Assembly: GCA_963748615.1 (NCBI GenBank)
Contig: CAVVJQ010000002.1
Span: 259,240 to 323,239 of the forward strand
Origin: an uncultured Thermoplasmata archaeon
GTDB lineage: Archaea > Thermoplasmatota > Thermoplasmata > UBA10834
Length of the DNA stretch: 64,000 bases
Reading direction: 5' to 3'
Shown here: piece after piece, positions 18,696 through 28,435 of the stretch
Numbering within the stretch: position 1 is the first letter of the stretch
Layout of the letters: each line of letters begins with the position of its first letter
Notes under the pieces: generated by a model
Databases searched by the model: none
What the model was told of the DNA's origin: nothing
The model's input: only the letters and a program-made list of their open reading frames with translations
Translations under genes and position numbers: made by a program

Positions 18696-20876
18696 ATGAC
18701 AAAGAAGGAGAAGATACTCAGGGTGGTGCAGGCTAAGACTGGCGATGATGGAAAGGGCATTGCCAGGGTGGACCCTGCATTGATGCGAATTCTAAAGCTC
18801 GACCAAGGAGACACGGTCATGATAGAAGGGACCAGGAACACTGCCGTGACCGTATATCAGGGATACCCAGAGGATGAGAACAGAGGTACCATCAGGATCG
18901 ATGGGACCACCAGGAAGAACGCGGGAGCAGGCCTGGATGAGAAGGTCGGCATAAGGAAGATCGTGCCCAAGCCAGCGACGAAGGCCACTTTTGCGCCCAC
19001 CCAACCGCTCAAGCTCTTGGGAGGAGAAGAATATCTGGTCCAGGTCCTTGAGGGCAGGCCAGTGGTCAAAGGCGACCTCGTAGAGGTCAATGTCATGGGA
19101 AGGAGGTTCGACCTCGTGGTCCAGAGCTATCAGCCATCTGGAGAGGCGGCCGTGATCCAGAATTTCACCGAGGTCAAGCTCAGCGAGAAGCCCGCGAAGG
19201 AGGCGGTCGCGAAAGGGCCCAAGGTCGCCTACGAGGACATCGGAGGTCTCTCGGACGAAGTGAACAAGGTCAGAGAGATGATAGAGCTGCCACTCAGACA
19301 TCCGGAGCTGTTCGAGAAGCTCGGGGTCGATGCGCCGAAAGGAGTGCTCCTGCACGGTCCGCCAGGGACGGGGAAGACACTGCTCGCGAAGGCGGTCGCG
19401 TCGGAGACGAGCGCGAACTTCACATCCATCGGTGGTCCAGAGATAATGAGCAAGTTCCACGGAGAGAGCGAGGAGCGGCTCAGGGACATCTTCAAAGAGG
19501 CTGCAGAGAACGCGCCGAGCATCATATTCATAGATGAGATCGACAGCATCGCGCCCAAGAGGGACGAGGTGACTGCAGAGACGGAGCGCAGGGTAGTCGC
19601 GCAGCTCCTCGCACTCATGGATGGGCTAGAGGGCAGAGGTAAGGTCGTGGTCATAGGGGCCACGAACAGACCGAACGCGCTCGACCCCGCTCTGAGGAGG
19701 CCGGGAAGGTTCGACCGCGAGATCGAGATGGGCATACCGAACAAGGTTGGTAGGCTGCAGATACTGCAGATACACACACGTGGGATGCCTCTCGATGATG
19801 ATGTAGACCTGGACAAACTCGCGTCGATGACCCATGGCTATGTCGGCGCCGATCTTGCTGCTTTGACTAGGGAAGCTGCGATGCGTTCACTGAGGAAGGT
19901 CCTTCCGACCATGGACTTGGAGGCGGAGTCGATACCTACCGAAGTGTTGAACGGTCTGAGCACCCGGATGGAGGATTTCATGGATGCATACCGCGAGATG
20001 CAGCCTTCCACTCTCAGAGAGGTCCTGGTCGAGTCGCCCAATGTCAAATGGGAGGAGATCGGCGGCCTTGAGAAGCCGAAGCAGGAATTGATGGAGTCCG
20101 TCGAATGGCCCCTGAAGTATTCCGCATTGTACAGGCATATGAATGCGACGCCGCCGAAGGGGTTGTTGCTCTACGGTCCTCCTGGCACCGGCAAGACGCT
20201 TCTCGCAAAAGCCGTCGCGAGCGAGAGCGAGGCGAATTTCATAAGCGTGAAGGGGCCGGAGTTCCTATCAAAGTGGGTCGGTGAGAGCGAGAAAGCCGTC
20301 CGCGAGACCTTCAGGAAGGCCAGGCAGGCAGCGCCATGCGTGATATTCCTGGATGAGATAGACGCGATAGCGCCTGTGAGAGGGACTTCTAGCGACTCCG
20401 GTGTGACAGAGAGGGTCATCAGTCAATTGCTGACGGAGATGGACGGGCTTGAGTCACTCCATAACGTGGTGGTGATCGCGGCTACAAATCGACCAGACAT
20501 AATCGACCCAGCACTCCTGAGACCTGGCAGGTTCGACAGGATGGTCTACATAGGACCACCAGACCTTGCTGCAAGGAAGGAGATAATGAGGATACACACA
20601 AAGGGTAAACCTTTGGACGACGATGTGGACCTTGACAAGCTGGCCTCAAAGATGGATAACTACACGGGTGCCGAGATAGCAGCCGTGTGCAATGAAGCCG
20701 TGATGCTGGCGATAAGGGACTACGTCCTTGAAGGTGGCGGCCTCGACGAGGAGAAGATGAAGGGGCGCAAGGTCGGCATGAAGTACTTCGAGGCGGCCAT
20801 GGGGAACGTCATACCGATGACTGAGAACGAGATCCGGAGATACGAGAAACTGTCGCCGAATTCGATGTACAGATGA
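18696..20876 (+). CDS. cdc48: CDC48/VCP-type AAA+ ATPase
   Basis: N-domain plus two AAA modules, each with GPPGTGKT Walker A. ATG at 18696 preferred over GTG 18687. Confidence 0.9.
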   Translation: MTKKEKILRVVQAKTGDDGKGIARVDPALMRILKLDQGDTVMIEGTRNTAVTVYQGYPEDENRGTIRIDGTTRKNAGAGLDEKVGIRKIVPKPATKATFAPTQPLKLLGGEEYLVQVLEGRPVVKGDLVEVNVMGRRFDLVVQSYQPSGEAAVIQNFTEVKLSEKPAKEAVAKGPKVAYEDIGGLSDEVNKVREMIELPLRHPELFEKLGVDAPKGVLLHGPPGTGKTLLAKAVASETSANFTSIGGPEIMSKFHGESEERLRDIFKEAAENAPSIIFIDEIDSIAPKRDEVTAETERRVVAQLLALMDGLEGRGKVVVIGATNRPNALDPALRRPGRFDREIEMGIPNKVGRLQILQIHTRGMPLDDDVDLDKLASMTHGYVGADLAALTREAAMRSLRKVLPTMDLEAESIPTEVLNGLSTRMEDFMDAYREMQPSTLREVLVESPNVKWEEIGGLEKPKQELMESVEWPLKYSALYRHMNATPPKGLLLYGPPGTGKTLLAKAVASESEANFISVKGPEFLSKWVGESEKAVRETFRKARQAAPCVIFLDEIDAIAPVRGTSSDSGVTERVISQLLTEMDGLESLHNVVVIAATNRPDIIDPALLRPGRFDRMVYIGPPDLAARKEIMRIHTKGKPLDDDVDLDKLASKMDNYTGAEIAAVCNEAVMLAIRDYVLEGGGLDEEKMKGRKVGMKYFEAAMGNVIPMTENEIRRYEKLSPNSMYR

Positions 20877-21898
20877 AACAGAGGCTTGGGATGGACTTGC
20901 AGGAACAAAGGGCTAAACCTGTCAGGCACGGGAGATCCGTCGCCAGTGACAGGGAACAGTTGATCAGGAGGGTCAGGGAAACTCTCGCGAAGTGCGGATT
21001 CTACGTATCGAACCCGCACAACCTGAGGAGCATAAGCTTCGACCTGGTCGCGCGCAGGGACAGGCAACTGCTGATAGTCAAGGCCCTGTGCAACATAGAT
21101 TCACTATCGACCGAGGATGCCGAGGAGCTCAAAGTACTTGGCAGACTGCTTAACGCGAGCCCTGCGGTGATAGGGTTGCACTCCAGCTCTGCAGAGCTCG
21201 AGGACGGTATTCTCTACACCAGGTTCGGCGTGCCCATCGTGTCCGAGGGAACCTTCGCAGAATTCATGCTGGAGGGCGTGCCGCCACTGGTCTACGCTGC
21301 CCCGGGTGGACTGTATGTCCGACTCGACGGCGAGATGCTCAAGCAGATCAGGCAGGAGAGAGCCATGTCGTTGGGCACCCTGGCAGAAGCAGCGGGTGTG
21401 TCCAGAAAGGCCATCCAGATGTACGAATCAGGGATGGGTGCGATGATGGATATAGCATCAAGGATCGAAGAGTTCCTTGACACGCCTTTGCTGGTCCCGC
21501 TCGATCCGTTCACGTACATTGCCGAGGTCGCCGAGAACCTCAAAGTCCTGGAAGATTTCGAAGGGCACAACAAGGACATATTCGAGATGCTGAGGGAGAT
21601 AGGCTATTCAGTCGTCCCGACCAAGAAAGCGCCCTTCGACGCTCTGGCGAGCGAAGAGGAGCTGCTTCTGCTCACTGGCATCGGAGAGGATCCGAGGATG
21701 ACCGAGAAGAAGGCGAAGGTCGTCGGGAACCTCTCGAGGGTCACGGAGAGGAAGAGCGTCATAATCATACACAAACGTACGAGCATCGAAGAGATAGATG
21801 GCACACCGCTTGTGACCAGGGATGAGCTCAGAAGGGTGGACCATTCCGGTGATTTGATGGAACTCATACTCAAAAGAGAGAAGAGGCCGATGCAATGA
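20873..21898 (+). CDS. XRE-type HTH protein flanked by two PD-(D/E)xK-like modules (COG1395-like putative regulator)
   Basis: Central [35 protein letters not shown]. Flanking [17 protein letters not shown] and [16 protein letters not shown] segments. 4-nt overlap with cdc48. Confidence 0.65.
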   Translation: MKQRLGMDLQEQRAKPVRHGRSVASDREQLIRRVRETLAKCGFYVSNPHNLRSISFDLVARRDRQLLIVKALCNIDSLSTEDAEELKVLGRLLNASPAVIGLHSSSAELEDGILYTRFGVPIVSEGTFAEFMLEGVPPLVYAAPGGLYVRLDGEMLKQIRQERAMSLGTLAEAAGVSRKAIQMYESGMGAMMDIASRIEEFLDTPLLVPLDPFTYIAEVAENLKVLEDFEGHNKDIFEMLREIGYSVVPTKKAPFDALASEEELLLLTGIGEDPRMTEKKAKVVGNLSRVTERKSVIIIHKRTSIEEIDGTPLVTRDELRRVDHSGDLMELILKREKRPMQ

Positions 21899-22521
21899 CG
21901 GCGATGACCAGCATAGATGCGAATGGCCACATGATCCACATCCTTCCCGTGATAAAAGGCCTGAAATCCGAGGCGAACAAAGTCAAGGATGCCTTCGAGA
22001 AGGTGCGGCCGAACAAGGTGGCGATATCGCTCTCGAAGGAAGAGATAGAAGGCTTGAGGAACCTGCCCGATGATTACGAGCCAGAACTCTCGAGGTACGA
22101 CGAGATATATGTCTCCAGATTGGGTAGATATGGAGAGGTCGCCGCGCCGCCACCGTGTTATGTGGCGGCCGTTGAACTATCGGATCATTTCGAGATACCA
22201 CTAATACCAGTCGATCTGGATGAGGTCAGCTATACGGACCTCTATTGTGCGGCTGTCACGGGCTCCGCGCTTTTCAGACATTCCACGAGGACCTGGGCAC
22301 TCAGACACAGGAGTTTTAATGCTGAGACACCTGAGGAGTTCGTGATGCACTGGGACCGTGTGATAAACAGCATGCAGGGCTTCAGACTCATAGAGAGCAA
22401 GCGCGTCGAAGCAATGGCCAAGGGCATATTGGATGCCTCGACGAGTTCGAAGGAGCTTCTAGCGGTCTTGGAACTCGAGAGGGCGCAAGAGGTCATCGAA
22501 CAGATCAAGGTAGACCTCTAG
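21895..22521 (+). CDS. TraB/PrgY-like protein (degenerate), tentative
   Basis: 208 aa. IHILPVIKGLKSEANKVKDAFEKVRPNKVAISL resembles the TraB N-terminal pattern but lacks GTxH. 4-nt overlap with the upstream gene. Confidence 0.4.
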   Translation: MTAMTSIDANGHMIHILPVIKGLKSEANKVKDAFEKVRPNKVAISLSKEEIEGLRNLPDDYEPELSRYDEIYVSRLGRYGEVAAPPPCYVAAVELSDHFEIPLIPVDLDEVSYTDLYCAAVTGSALFRHSTRTWALRHRSFNAETPEEFVMHWDRVINSMQGFRLIESKRVEAMAKGILDASTSSKELLAVLELERAQEVIEQIKVDL

Positions 22522-22571
22522 GTATTCGACCGAAAAACTGGAGAAGAAAGGGGTTTGAAGCGTTTCATCCT

Positions 22572-22917
22572 CTAGGAATTCTCGTGCATGACATCGGCCA
22601 CCAGCAGAGCGATCATCGATCCCTGCTCGGTCCCGGTGAGGTAACCGGCGTAATGATCTTTGATCTGGATGTACCAGTAGTTGCCGATATTGACGTACAC
22701 GCCGACCACGGTGATCATCTCATCATCGTTGATGTCGCTACGAGTGAAACTTGCCACAACATCGGAGTGACCATCACCGTTAACGTCTACGACGGTGAAT
22801 AGCGTCGGTGACACTAATGCCATGTACGCGCCAGGACCATAGACGTAGAGATAAGTGTTCGTGACGCTCCAACCGCTGACGTACAACTGCTGACCGGTCG
22901 AATAGAACTGTCGACCA
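22572..22917 (-). pseudogene. Out-of-frame C-terminal continuation of the large FG-GAP surface protein
   Basis: The frame of ORF 22572..23033 reads normally only after about 22917 (QFYSTGQQLYVSGW...VVDVNGDGHSDVVASF...). This includes another FG-GAP-like repeat. The main frame turns Arg/His-rich at the same point. Confidence 0.6.
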
Positions 22918-25900
22918 GTTCCCGTTCCTCGCGGCCACGACTTCAAGGTAGCCGGTGCCATCGATGTTCGCCGCTCTGACGCAAGTGAACGATAATGCAG
23001 TCGATGTTCCGAGTGCCGCGATCTTCTGCACATGCGTCATATACGAACCGAACACGCCCGAAAAGACCGCGATATAATCCAATTCGAGCGAGTCCTGGAT
23101 GGAACCGAATGTGTTCATTGAGTCCGTCACACGGATAAACATGGTATGGTCCGCGACATTGGTTGGTAGCCTGAATGTGTAGTTCACCCAATCGGTGGTA
23201 CCATTTCTAATCACAATCACTGGAGTGAACTTGCCGTCGATACCGTTTGTCGAATCGATCGAATACCAGATGTAAAAGGATTCGCCATCCCCGATCGTTC
23301 GCGCAACCACATGCAGTATCTGGTCTTTGTCGGTCGAGAGCTTGGAGACCTTGAACGTGGCCTGCGCATTGTAGGTGTCCACGCTCTCATTGACATATGT
23401 CCCTCTGCTGTTGTTTGTCTGGGTATAGGTAACCGCGTCCGTACCAGTGGTCGGCCAAATCGACCCATATGTCACAACGGGAGTGAACGTTGCATCCAGC
23501 TTCTTTACCGTCGGTGTCGAGGATTCCTGATAGAAATTCACGTACACGCCTTCGATACTGTCACTGGAAGCAGAGTTCGGGTCCGCGGTCAGAATATCAT
23601 ACATCCCATCTCCATTGACGTCTGCGATGTCGAAATCTTCGATGTTCGTAGTACCAGAGGTCATTCTGATCTTGGCAATCGCAGTGGTCTTCCAATTCTT
23701 GATATCATAGACATACACGGCACCGTTCGCAAGAACAATGAGATCGCCTGCGCCGTCACCGTTCATGTCCTTAATATCCAGCTTCCTGATGCCATCGTTG
23801 CCTGACCCGTAAGCAGCGCCCGCATAATCAAGACCGTTGAATCGCACTGCAGCAGCGCCGTATGTGTTGTTATAGATGAACAACTTGTGTGCCGCTGTCG
23901 AATACACGATATCGATGTCACCGTCGCCATTGGTGTCTCCCGTAGCGATCCATTCGATCAGAATGGTCGTGTCATCCGTGCTTGCTCTGGTGATGTACGA
24001 TGGTGCCTGCCAATTGCCGTATGTGTTCATCGAATTCTCGAAGTACAGCAGATGCGCTTCCGCGACATAACCTGCTCCTGAGGGCTTGTATTTGGCCGCG
24101 ATGAGGTCGTCATCGGCGTCACCGTCGAGATCACCCACTGCCATCGCAGTCATGTAGTACATCGCTGCGGCACTGGGAGAATTCGATTGGTCGTACAGCA
24201 CCCTGGTCGTGAAGAAGTTGTTGTTCTCGATATGGTAGACATATTCAGGGTTGATGAAGTTGGTACTGCCGCCCCTCGTCGAATAGATACCGTTCGTTGC
24301 AGTGAAGAAGTCCGTCTTGCTCACGCTTGCCTGTATATAGACCTGCTTGGCCAGACAATAGACCCCTTCGTTGGCATCACTGAAACTGGATATGCGCAGG
24401 GTGTATGTGTTCCTGCCAGAGAGCCACTGGTCTGCATTATTGATCCTCAGGTCGATTGTGAAATTGTATCTCATGCGGGATTCGTTGGTCTGATCCTGCC
24501 AGAAGTTGCTGATCATCGCGCCGGCAGGCGGTGCCCCGTATATCTGCGCACCGCCAGTCAGGTCCTCAATCCTTATCTCGCCGACTATAGGGAACGGCGG
24601 TGTGCTCTGTGCATCCTGCACATTCACGCTTGCGTAGATGGTGCTCGTATCACCGTTTACCTCAAATGGAGTCAACTTGTCGCCGAAGGGTATGGTCATC
24701 TCTCTGTCCGAGAACAGATAGATCTGCGGGATGAAGGTAATCGGTGAGCCCGCTTGCTGTACTATGAGCGTGATATCCGTCTGGAACACGACCTCGTCAG
24801 TGCCTGCGCTCCTGAGGTAGAGATTCATATTGTATGCGCTCGGTGGCAGACCGGATGTGTTGAACTTGGCCTGATATATCTGAGCAGCCCCTGAAGACCC
24901 ATAGACATAGAATGGGGCAGCTTCGGTGCTCTGGTTGAAGAAAGTCGGGGTGTACTGGAGACCCGTCCTGGTATCTGTGAGGGTCAATTCGTTCCTGCCC
25001 AGGATGTTGGTCATCTGGGTACTTCCGACCCGGACGAATATCCGCTCGTCCTTTTCGAATGTCGTCCTTGCATCGTTCACATCGGCCTTTTCCGTAGGCG
25101 TGTTGTTCGTTATGTTCTCACCATAGACACCGTAACCCGACCCGAGTATGGGTGATGAGAAGGACAGGTACGAGGGGAGGCCTCCTTCATCCGTTGGCGT
25201 GTCAGTGTAGTAATTCTTTGTGTCAGAAGGGAGAATCACCACGGATATCCTGAAACTCGATATGGATTCATGACCAGCGAGGTCTTGCGCGTGGATGATA
25301 AGGAACTTTCCGTCTATTGCCTCCGCATCATCGGCCATATTTGGGTAATCCCATCGGAACCACCCTCCGCTTGCAGCATCATACTCGTGAACCGCCTCGC
25401 CACCTATGCTGGAGGCATCGACCCATACCCCGCTGGTGCTGGTGTCGAGATCGCCATCGAGGTCGATGACCTTGACGAATAGCGAGAAGTCATCCGATTC
25501 TTTGATGTAATCGGCTGTCGGGGTGGCAATATTAGAGTCGACGTACCGTTGCAGGATGGTCGGTGGTCCACCACCCATCCCACCGCTGAGCTGACTGACC
25601 CACACGGCGGAGTGCTTGACATCGTCGATGACCGTTACGGTTATCACGCTGGAATATGAGGTGCCGGCGATGGTCTTTGTCCAATCAATACCAGTGGCCC
25701 AATAATCGTAAGTGAAATTCGTGTCTGTGGAGAGTTTGTAGACGTAGCTTGTGTCATCGATGAGGACGAAAACCGTCGTGTAATTGGCAGGAAGCACCGC
25801 ACCTCCGGAGTGAGTGATGGTCAGAGTCGCTTCCGTACCTGAAGCATCGAACGAAACGCTACCGACGAAATCGGTCTTCGTGGCCAATTCGGGGACGGGC

Positions 25901-26031
25901 ATCTGATTCACAAATACCATGATCCCGCTGAACAACATCACGGTGATCATTAGGATGAGTATATTGCCGATAATTTCGGATACGCCACTTTCATCAGACC
26001 ATGTCTTTTTCTTGAATAGTTTCAGACTCAT
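22780..26031 (-). CDS. Large secreted/surface protein: archaeal type IV pilin-like (class III) signal peptide plus FG-GAP/VCBS repeats
   Basis: N-terminus MSLKLFKKKTWSDESGVSEIIGNILILMITVMLFSGIMVFV (Met 17 of the ORF). Repeats include GDLDGDADDDLIAA, GDTNGDGDIDIVYS, KDMNGDGAGDLIVL and ADVNGDGMYDILTA. The last ~45 codons look out of frame. Confidence 0.75.
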   Translation of the reverse strand: MSLKLFKKKTWSDESGVSEIIGNILILMITVMLFSGIMVFVNQMPVPELATKTDFVGSVSFDASGTEATLTITHSGGAVLPANYTTVFVLIDDTSYVYKLSTDTNFTYDYWATGIDWTKTIAGTSYSSVITVTVIDDVKHSAVWVSQLSGGMGGGPPTILQRYVDSNIATPTADYIKESDDFSLFVKVIDLDGDLDTSTSGVWVDASSIGGEAVHEYDAASGGWFRWDYPNMADDAEAIDGKFLIIHAQDLAGHESISSFRISVVILPSDTKNYYTDTPTDEGGLPSYLSFSSPILGSGYGVYGENITNNTPTEKADVNDARTTFEKDERIFVRVGSTQMTNILGRNELTLTDTRTGLQYTPTFFNQSTEAAPFYVYGSSGAAQIYQAKFNTSGLPPSAYNMNLYLRSAGTDEVVFQTDITLIVQQAGSPITFIPQIYLFSDREMTIPFGDKLTPFEVNGDTSTIYASVNVQDAQSTPPFPIVGEIRIEDLTGGAQIYGAPPAGAMISNFWQDQTNESRMRYNFTIDLRINNADQWLSGRNTYTLRISSFSDANEGVYCLAKQVYIQASVSKTDFFTATNGIYSTRGGSTNFINPEYVYHIENNNFFTTRVLYDQSNSPSAAAMYYMTAMAVGDLDGDADDDLIAAKYKPSGAGYVAEAHLLYFENSMNTYGNWQAPSYITRASTDDTTILIEWIATGDTNGDGDIDIVYSTAAHKLFIYNNTYGAAAVRFNGLDYAGAAYGSGNDGIRKLDIKDMNGDGAGDLIVLANGAVYVYDIKNWKTTAIAKIRMTSGTTNIEDFDIADVNGDGMYDILTADPNSASSDSIEGVYVNFYQESSTPTVKKLDATFTPVVTYGSIWPTTGTDAVTYTQTNNSRGTYVNESVDTYNAQATFKVSKLSTDKDQILHVVARTIGDGESFYIWYSIDSTNGIDGKFTPVIVIRNGTTDWVNYTFRLPTNVADHTMFIRVTDSMNTFGSIQDSLELDYIAVFSGVFGSYMTHVQKIAALGTSTALSFTCVRAANIDGTGYLEVVAARNGNWSTVLFDRSAVVRQRLERHEHLSLRLWSWRVHGISVTDAIHRRRR

Positions 26032-26174
26032 CGATGCATCCTCCGGGGAGATGGAGTGCCCTGCCAGCTTAGGTTTCAAACGTATAAGTGCGTATATAAA
26101 CGTGTTGCGGTCATTACCAACTACCCTACGAAGAGATGGCCGTCATATGTCGGGCCCCGGCCGCGACCGCACGG

Positions 26175-26182
26175 TTATATAA
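26175..26182 (+). promoter_or_regulatory. TATA box for the wHTH-STAND-like gene
   Basis: TTATATAA ends 24 nt before ATG 26206, consistent with a leaderless transcript. An oppositely oriented TTTATATA lies at about 26093-26100 for the surface-protein gene. Confidence 0.45.
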
Positions 26183-26205
26183 GCTCAGGGGTATTTCGCG
26201 GGTTG

Positions 26206-27339
26206 ATGTCTGAAGCTGGCCAGCTCAGCGTCAATGACAGGGTGCTTCTACACCTGCTCAGGTTCGCTACCAACGTACCACCTACGGAATTCCCGTCGGA
26301 GTGCACTCAAGCAGGAATAGCAGCGGCCATCGGCATTTCACGAACCCATGTCCCGAGGGCGGTCAAGGGCCTCATGAAGCAGGGCCTAGTCGACGAGTCG
26401 AGGGCACGTGTCACGGGTCATGAGAGAAGGATGAGCGTCTATGCAGCAACTGCCGAAGGGGTCAAGACCGCCTCGGAGCTCTGGAAGGATATCTCGAATT
26501 CCCTGCTCAATGTCCAGAGCGGAGACCACCCTGAATCCATGACCGGCGCTCAAATCGAGGAACTATTTGGCAAGAAGAAAGCTCTTGCCATCGTATCACG
26601 CATAAGAGATGGGGTCGTCGACATAGGGAAGAGGCAGGCCGAGACCGTCAGGATCATAGACGATTCCCCAGAGCCCGTAGAGTTCTATGGAAGGGATGAT
26701 GAGCTCAGGGTGGGGGAAGAATTTCTCAAGTCTGATTCGCGTGCAATGGTCATCTTGGGCAACCGCGGCTCCGGCACATCCACCATCGCAAGGAGGTTGA
26801 TACAGACCCATAGCGAGACCAATGCGTTATGGATCCCTCTGGATTCGCAGACCTCCCTCGAAGAAATCCTTGCCAGGTTGCGTCGATTCGCAGAGAAGGT
26901 GACTGGGCAATCCGCGGAGGATGACCGTGCCCTAGACCTGGAGGAGAGCGTAATAATCTTTGATGATTTCTTCACAGTCACTGAGGAGGTCGTCGAGTTC
27001 CTTACGACCATGATCGAATCCGATGGAAGGACGAAGATCATAGTGACGGCGAGAGAGGAGACGCCGGCATACAACTGGTTCTATCACAAGAAGCATGTCG
27101 ATGACGAGACCGTCAGGGTGCTCAGGATCAAAGGGCTCGATGAGGAGAGCGCCATGAGACTTCTGGGCAACGAGAAGATGGAGAAGGACGCGTTCAGAAG
27201 GATATTCATGATGAGCCACGGTCAGCCCATGATCTTGAGGATGCTAGCGGATGGCGACTACGAAGGGCTCAAGAAGAACACGGTCTTCACGACGGAGGAG
27301 GTACGCTATCTCCTCTTTCTAAAGGACAAGAAGGGTTGA
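26206..27339 (+). CDS. Winged-helix DNA-binding domain fused to a STAND/archaeal-ATPase-like NTPase module with a degenerate P-loop
   Basis: MarR-like wHTH (ECTQAGIAAAIGISRTHVPRAVKGLMKQGLV), then FYGRDDEL...VILGNRGSGTSTIARRL (Walker A Lys replaced by Thr), VIIFDDF Walker B and an SHGQPMIL motif. Start at Met 51 of the ORF. Confidence 0.6.
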   Translation: MSEAGQLSVNDRVLLHLLRFATNVPPTEFPSECTQAGIAAAIGISRTHVPRAVKGLMKQGLVDESRARVTGHERRMSVYAATAEGVKTASELWKDISNSLLNVQSGDHPESMTGAQIEELFGKKKALAIVSRIRDGVVDIGKRQAETVRIIDDSPEPVEFYGRDDELRVGEEFLKSDSRAMVILGNRGSGTSTIARRLIQTHSETNALWIPLDSQTSLEEILARLRRFAEKVTGQSAEDDRALDLEESVIIFDDFFTVTEEVVEFLTTMIESDGRTKIIVTAREETPAYNWFYHKKHVDDETVRVLRIKGLDEESAMRLLGNEKMEKDAFRRIFMMSHGQPMILRMLADGDYEGLKKNTVFTTEEVRYLLFLKDKKG

Positions 27340-27342
27340 CAG

Positions 27343-27873
27343 CTACCACTCTATTCCTCGGCGGGCTTCACAGCCTTTATCGAACGGGTGCTTGACGCTT
27401 TGGATGAAGGAGACATAATCCGCTTCAGACACGAAGGATTTTGGCACGTTCCTGCCCGTCAGGATGACCTCGACGCCATTCTTCCTCGACCGGATGACGG
27501 CTAACACCTCATCCGCGCTCAACAATCCGAAGTCGACCGCGACGCTTATCTCATCCATGATCACGAGACCATAATCACCGGATGTCAAGAATGTCTTGGC
27601 CTGCTGCAAACCCTCGGCGGCCTTCGCCGCATCGTGCTCATGAGCATGGCCAGGGTCGATGAAGTTGCCAGTCCCGAACTGCACTACCTCGATGTTCTCA
27701 AGGTGTCTCGCAGAGATGACCTCTCCGCTCCCATCGGCCTTCATGAACTGCACGACGCCGACTCGGATGCCGTGGCCGGCCGCACGTATGGCCGACCCGA
27801 AAGCTGCGGTCGTCTTGCCCTTGCCAGGTCCGGTGATGACGTGGATCTTGCCTAAGCCCTTTACCTCAGACAT
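27343..27873 (-). CDS. cobA: Cob(I)yrinic acid a,c-diamide adenosyltransferase
   Basis: GKIHVITGPGKGKTTAAFGSAIRAAGHG...VVQFMK matches the CobA/CobO/BtuR family. The longer ORF start at 27921 would give an ATGA overlap with the upstream DUF835 gene. Confidence 0.85.
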   Translation of the reverse strand: MSEVKGLGKIHVITGPGKGKTTAAFGSAIRAAGHGIRVGVVQFMKADGSGEVISARHLENIEVVQFGTGNFIDPGHAHEHDAAKAAEGLQQAKTFLTSGDYGLVIMDEISVAVDFGLLSADEVLAVIRSRKNGVEVILTGRNVPKSFVSEADYVSFIQSVKHPFDKGCEARRGIEW

Positions 27874-27917
27874 CGAGCAGGGGAGTGGTGTCCGACTAGA
27901 AAATCGCTTGGACCGAT

Positions 27918-28427
27918 TCACTGATTCCGGTTGTTGTCCTCTGGCAGCGAGAACTCCCGCTCAAGGTAGCCCAACTGCTGCGTCTCCAGGGTTCTAGGGT
28001 CGACTGGTACGAGAAGGAGCGCTCCGGACATCGCCACCTCTTCGTTCGTGAGTTGTATCGCCTTCATGACGGTCGAGAAACCGTTCTCGGTTATCAGATA
28101 CTCGAGCCCGTCCAGGAGGACTGTCGCCCCAGGGTTCGCCTTAATGAAGTCAGAGATCGTGCTGTGTATCTTCATCAATCTGGTCGGTTCGAGGTTGATC
28201 ACACCGCTGGTGGTCGTAGTAGTCTTGATGTTCTTGGCGATCCACATGATGGGGCAGTCCAAGCCGTACAGCTGCTGCACCCGACTCGGATGGGTGCGGG
28301 TAATCACAAGTCCACGCCTGCCCTCAGAGAGCATCTTCTTCATGGCTTCGTAGGCCTGTTCGACACCTTTCTTCGTGAACAGGTACGAGTTGCCGTTGAT
28401 GAGAGCAGGGCCGTATCCGCCGCTCAT
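27918..28427 (-). CDS. DUF835 domain protein (stand-alone)
   Basis: 169 aa. GLVITRTHPSRV...PIMWIAK...TVLLDGLEYLI...LLVPVDP matches the DUF835 pattern. Confidence 0.7.
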   Translation of the reverse strand: MSGGYGPALINGNSYLFTKKGVEQAYEAMKKMLSEGRRGLVITRTHPSRVQQLYGLDCPIMWIAKNIKTTTTTSGVINLEPTRLMKIHSTISDFIKANPGATVLLDGLEYLITENGFSTVMKAIQLTNEEVAMSGALLLVPVDPRTLETQQLGYLEREFSLPEDNNRNQ

Positions 28428-28435
28428 GAGATGAC

